Shown piece by piece: positions 59,974 through 64,000 of a stretch of DNA of 64,000 nucleotides. Below the pieces are notes generated by a model, which searched no databases, was not told the DNA's origin, and saw nothing but the letters and a program-made list of their open reading frames with translations. Source of the DNA: an uncultured delta proteobacterium (GTDB lineage Bacteria > Myxococcota_A > Polyangia > Polyangiales > Polyangiaceae); contig CAVQUB010000005.1 in assembly GCA_963716725.1 (NCBI GenBank), positions 734,725-798,724 on the forward strand, read 5' to 3'. Position 1 is the stretch's first letter; the number at the start of each line of letters is the position of its first letter. Both the position numbers and the translations under genes were made by a program.

Positions 59974-60936
59974 ATGGCCGAAGAGATCTTCACGAGTCTG
60001 ATGCGCGGTTCGCTCGATCCGATCCTCTCGCTGATCACCTCGACCAAGCGCGTCTACCTGCCCTTCTTGCTCGGCGCGGCGGTGATTTCCGCGGCGGTGT
60101 GGGCGCTGAAGCTCCGCGGGCGTTGCTCGTTCTTCGCGTTTCTCTTCCCGAAGCGCATCTGGTTCAGCGCCTCGGCGCTCCTGGATTACCGCCTGATGTT
60201 CGTGCGCGCGATCCTCTCCGTTCTCCTGCTCTGGCCCTTCGTGGTGTCGTCACTCGAGGTGGCGCTAGCCGTGTCGCGGGTGCTCGGCGCGGCGTTCGGT
60301 CAGGCGCCGCTCGCTGGCTCGCCTGCGTGGGTCGGGCTCGCCGCGTTCACCCTCGCGGGTTTCCTGGCCGAAGACTTCGCCCGCTACCTGGTGCATCGCC
60401 TCGCGCACCGCGTGCCCGCCTTGTGGGAGCTGCACAAGGTGCATCACTCGGCCACGGTGCTCACGCCCTTCACGGTGTACCGCACGCATCCCCTCGAGAG
60501 CGTGATCATGCGCGCCGGGGCCGCGCTCGGGGTCGGCGTCGCGGCGGGCGCCTGCGTCTGGGCCTTTGGTGGCCGAGTCGCGGCCTGGCAAATCCTCGGC
60601 GTGCAGGCCATCAGCTTCGCGTGGAACGTCGCCGGATCGAACCTGCGACACTCCCACGTTTGGGTCAGCTACGGCCGGATCCTCGAACACCTCTTGATCA
60701 GCCCCGCGCAGCACCAGATCCATCACAGCGACGACGTACGTCACTACCACCGGAACTACGGCTCGACCCTGGCCGTGTGGGACTGGATCGGGGGCTCGCT
60801 CTACGTGCCGCGCACGCGCGAGAAGATCGTCTTCGGCTTGCCGCCCGAGGTGCAGAATCACGGCGGTACAGTAGTGTCGGTGCTGCTGTCGCCGCTGGCA
60901 GCGGCGGCCGCGCGGCTGCGAAGCGACGCGCTCTAA
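59974..60936 (+). CDS. Sterol desaturase/fatty-acid hydroxylase family protein
   Basis: His boxes HRLAH, HKVHH, HQIHH; NLRHSH. Confidence 0.9.
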   Translation: MAEEIFTSLMRGSLDPILSLITSTKRVYLPFLLGAAVISAAVWALKLRGRCSFFAFLFPKRIWFSASALLDYRLMFVRAILSVLLLWPFVVSSLEVALAVSRVLGAAFGQAPLAGSPAWVGLAAFTLAGFLAEDFARYLVHRLAHRVPALWELHKVHHSATVLTPFTVYRTHPLESVIMRAGAALGVGVAAGACVWAFGGRVAAWQILGVQAISFAWNVAGSNLRHSHVWVSYGRILEHLLISPAQHQIHHSDDVRHYHRNYGSTLAVWDWIGGSLYVPRTREKIVFGLPPEVQNHGGTVVSVLLSPLAAAAARLRSDAL

Positions 60937-61502
60937 GGCGCCCGGAGCGCGACGTTCACGAAGCCCGAAACCGAGACACCGGCGCTGGGCAGCGCGGAGT
61001 ACGACACGGACCCGGACTGAACCACGGCGATGACTTCGCCTTGCCCCTTCCACAACGTGCCCGAATCGATGACCGCGAGCGGGTTTGTCGCGGTGTTATC
61101 GAAGAGCTCGATCGCAGCGCCCGGAGTGATACGCCCGAGATCGACGGTTGCCGTGAATGACCCGAGCTCCTGACCCTGGGCTGACAAGCCGACCACGGTC
61201 ACGATGGCCACCTTTGCTGTGAGCTTGCAGGTCACCGCGTTGAACAGAGGATAACGCGTACCGGCGAAGGTACCGACGACCTCGCTCTTGCCGACGCCAG
61301 CGCCTTCGAAGCTGCATTCGTAGCTGCCGATGAGGCCCGACTCCGGCTCTGCCACGCAGGCTCCCGTCGCGGCGTTGCACACCTCACCGAGCTTGCAGCT
61401 CGTGGTGCTGGTGCACTTCTCGGTCTCGGCCCCGGACTCGCTCCCGCTGCACGCGGGCAGGATGAGGACGAGACTGATCAGCGCGATGCGGATTCGGGTC
61501 AT
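60933..61502 (-). CDS. Hypothetical lipoprotein with short Cys-rich motif
   Basis: LPAC lipobox; C....C..G..C....C. Confidence 0.6.
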   Translation of the reverse strand: MTRIRIALISLVLILPACSGSESGAETEKCTSTTSCKLGEVCNAATGACVAEPESGLIGSYECSFEGAGVGKSEVVGTFAGTRYPLFNAVTCKLTAKVAIVTVVGLSAQGQELGSFTATVDLGRITPGAAIELFDNTATNPLAVIDSGTLWKGQGEVIAVVQSGSVSYSALPSAGVSVSGFVNVALRAP

Positions 61503-63148
61503 GGGGCATCTCCGGTCGGAGGGCTGGGGGGTTCAGGAACGGGTGCTGGCGCAGGCACCGGGGCCGGCGCGCTCGGAACCGGAGCGGGGGCGGGCTTGAC
61601 CGGAGATCGCTCGGGCTGGGGCGGCGCGGTCACGGGAGCGGACGTGGGCGCGATGGGGTCCGGAAGCGAGGCGTCCAGATGCACCGGCGCGTGTCGGCGG
61701 ATCGTCTCCTTGGCCTCCGCGACGGTGACGGCGCCGGAGAACACCAACATCACGGAGTGGCTTTGGGTTTCTGCCGTCGCAAACGGATTGGGCTTGTCGC
61801 TCAAGAGATCGAAGGTGACGATCTTCCCGCTGCCGTAGGCATAGGCGACGCCGACCGTCGAGTCGAAGGATCCGAAGGTCGAGCCGAGCCCCAAGGTGCC
61901 TCCGAATCGGTTCTCTCGCAGGCGGAACGCACCACCCTGTGGGTCGTCGAGCGCGGGCGCGCTCGACAGATCGGCGAAGCCGCCCGCGCGCAGTGCGAAC
62001 ATCGGCGACAAAGCGTACTCGATGCCGGCCGCCAGCTCGATGACCTGTGCCAGATCGCGCTCTTCGACGTACGCCTCGTTCGTCTGCCGTGGGATCTCGC
62101 CGCTCTGAAACTGAGTGGCCTTCCGTCGACCGTCGAAGCGATTCGCACCACGGAGCTCGCCGAAGTAGTAGATGTCGAGGGCGGCCGAGAAGGCGCTGCG
62201 GTCCTCCCACGCGATGCCCACGTTTACGCGCAACGGCCGTCGGTCTTGGAGATCTCCCTCGAACGCTGCCTGCTGCTCCAACACCACCACGCCGGACGGC
62301 GTGCCGCTCGGCGATGCGCTGGACGCGACGTTCTGCGTGCGCTCCCGCCCCCAGACGTGGAGCGACGGCGCCGCCAGACCAGCCCCGAGCCACAGGCGAT
62401 CGGTGACGGCGAACTGAGCTCCGAGCACCGGAACTACGCCCAACGCCAAGCCACTGCTCGAGGTCGCGAGCTGGGCTTTCGAGATCAGGGTGCCGCCCGT
62501 GAGTGACAGGAAGCTCGAAAACTCGTAACTGCGAAACGACTGCGCGTAGAGCGCGTAGAGCGAGGCCCCGAAGCGCAAGCGGTCGCCGAGCGCCACGGCG
62601 TAGCTCGGCCCCAGGTAGTAGTCAGTGATGTCGCTGGAGGCAGAGACGCTTTGCTCCGCAAAGCCCGTCGCGTTGGGCAGAGCGATGCGGGCGGAGGCGC
62701 GGAGTTCGTTGCGTTCTCGGCTCGGCACCACCAACGACATGGCGAGGGCCTGAGAAAAACCGCCCGTCCCTGGCAGGTGTCGCACGTACATCACGCTCGT
62801 CGGCAGCTCGCTGACCGCGCTCGCCTCGTACTTCTGTTCGTCCACCGAGAAAGTGGTGCCGTAGGCGGCGCTCACGCCGCGGGGGGCGAACAGCCCCTGA
62901 AATGTCCGCGACTGATACTGGTAGACGCTGGCGGAGACCGCGAACACGTCGCCGGGCAAGGCTCCCAGTCCGGCGGGGTTCAAATACGGCATCGCCGAGT
63001 CGTTGCCCGCTGCGGTGGCCGCGCCGCCCATCGTGGCGGTGCGCCCTCCGATCGGAACCGAGCGCGGGTTCTGCGCCAGCGCCGCCTGCGTGAGCGACTG
63101 AACCAAGAAAACGAAACTGGCGCCCAACGCGCGCCGAGCGCCCACCAC
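61499..63148 (-). CDS. Outer-membrane FadL/OmpP1-like beta-barrel with Pro-rich tail
   Basis: G.R...MGGA..A...D.A...NPAG signature, G.EY......LR.G. Confidence 0.75.
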   Translation of the reverse strand: MVGARRALGASFVFLVQSLTQAALAQNPRSVPIGGRTATMGGAATAAGNDSAMPYLNPAGLGALPGDVFAVSASVYQYQSRTFQGLFAPRGVSAAYGTTFSVDEQKYEASAVSELPTSVMYVRHLPGTGGFSQALAMSLVVPSRERNELRASARIALPNATGFAEQSVSASSDITDYYLGPSYAVALGDRLRFGASLYALYAQSFRSYEFSSFLSLTGGTLISKAQLATSSSGLALGVVPVLGAQFAVTDRLWLGAGLAAPSLHVWGRERTQNVASSASPSGTPSGVVVLEQQAAFEGDLQDRRPLRVNVGIAWEDRSAFSAALDIYYFGELRGANRFDGRRKATQFQSGEIPRQTNEAYVEERDLAQVIELAAGIEYALSPMFALRAGGFADLSSAPALDDPQGGAFRLRENRFGGTLGLGSTFGSFDSTVGVAYAYGSGKIVTFDLLSDKPNPFATAETQSHSVMLVFSGAVTVAEAKETIRRHAPVHLDASLPDPIAPTSAPVTAPPQPERSPVKPAPAPVPSAPAPVPAPAPVPEPPSPPTGDAP

Positions 63149-63256
63149 ACCGCACCTCCCTCACAGAGGCTAGCAATTGGTTCGTCCTCCGTCGCGAAAA
63201 TAGTAAGAAGCGCGATTATCGGCGCGCTGCGACGCAGCTCAGATGCCGAGTGTGCC

Positions 63257-63508
63257 TCACTCGCGCGGACAGACGCGCCAAGCGCCCGCGCCGACCCCGG
63301 GTTCACCAAGCGCGGCGACGGCATCGAGGCGGCCGGCTCCATCTTCCACGATGACGTATGCATGTGGCCCCGCCCCGGCGGCTTTGGCTGCCGCGTCGTA
63401 GGCGTCGGCGTGGATGTCGGGAGCCAAGCCCCAGCGCTCCCTGGAACACAACAGCGCACCGAGTGCGGTGACGGCGATCTCCTTGGGGATCCGTGTCGGG
63501 CTGCTCAC
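63257..63508 (-). CDS. Small hypothetical protein
   Basis: GTG-started ORF between two same-strand genes; no recognised motif. Confidence 0.3.
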   Translation of the reverse strand: MSSPTRIPKEIAVTALGALLCSRERWGLAPDIHADAYDAAAKAAGAGPHAYVIVEDGAGRLDAVAALGEPGVGAGAWRVCPRE

Positions 63509-63559
63509 GCAGCCCACGGAGAGCCGAGCGCCGGCTCCGAGCCCGGGCGCTGCCCGGGG

Positions 63560-64000
63560 TCAGCGACTCCGACGCCTGAAGAGCAGGCCGAAGGCGCTGA
63601 GCATCGCCAACAAGGCTGCCGGCCACACTGGCGCCGAAGCAGGCGCACGACAGCCGCAGCCTCCGTCGTCTCCCGCGTCCGTCGTGCCACCCTTGGGGAG
63701 CGAGCCGCCGCTGGCCGCAGCAGCGTCGTTGCCGGCGTCGTTCAGCGCGCCACCCGAGCCACCGATCCCGCCCTCCGGCACCACGCACTGGCCCGCGACG
63801 CAGGTCGTGGGCGGAATGCACAAGGTCTTGCACTGCGAAGGCACGCAGCTCCCCGTCTTGGGATCGCGACTCGCCACCTGCGCCGCAGCTCACGCCGTCG
63901 CACAGGTCGACGCAGCCCTTGGTGGTGTCGCACTTCTGTCCCTGCGGACACGCGACGCCGCTGCACAAGCCGACACAGGTGCCGGTTGCGTCGCCATGGC
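63560..64000 (-). CDS. 3' part of a Cys-rich repeat MYXO-CTERM protein (5' outside window; frameshift near 63868)
   Basis: C.GV.C..G..C repeats; GGCGCR, WPAALLAMLSAFGLLF, RRRSR. Confidence 0.75.

Overview
GC-rich (about 70% by eye) bacterial chromosome window, most likely Myxococcota (Polyangiaceae/Sorangiineae-like). This is inferred from several MYXO-CTERM-type tails, a Ser/Thr kinase + TPR/PEGA pair and many Cys/Gly-rich lipoproteins. From left to right: (1) 1.4-12.5 kb, a metal/Fe-S/redox-stress region (cupin, methyltransferase, Fur, three DUF2249 proteins, SufT-like, membrane protein, sigma54 activator, HesB-rhodanese, diheme cytochrome c, DprE1/E2-like pair, DUF3079) with readable sigma54 promoters, tandem activator sites and Fur-type operators. 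(2) 12.5-21.7 kb, signalling and secreted proteins. (3) About 21.9-36.7 kb, a hypervariable cassette region (lipoproteins, LRR, FGE-sulfatase, AAA ATPase + S8 peptidase ietAS-like pair, metalloprotease, gene fragments). It is punctuated by three displaced, synonymously diverged copies of the 3' end of the adjacent GNAT gene, two of them joined at the same codon to a near-identical non-coding arm. No integrase is present in the window. (4) 36.7-46 kb, an anaerobic benzoyl-CoA pathway operon (had-oah-dch-tetR-bcrCBAD-GNAT) with another 3'-end duplication at had. (5) Helicase, manA, kinase/PEGA module, beta-helix protein, a Fur-boxed iron-uptake-like operon (DUF4856-like, imelysin, TonB receptor, desaturase) and a FadL-like protein. 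About six frameshifts in otherwise intact genes are probably assembly errors. No rRNA, tRNA or CRISPR array was recognised. All family assignments come from motif recognition by eye, not from database searches.
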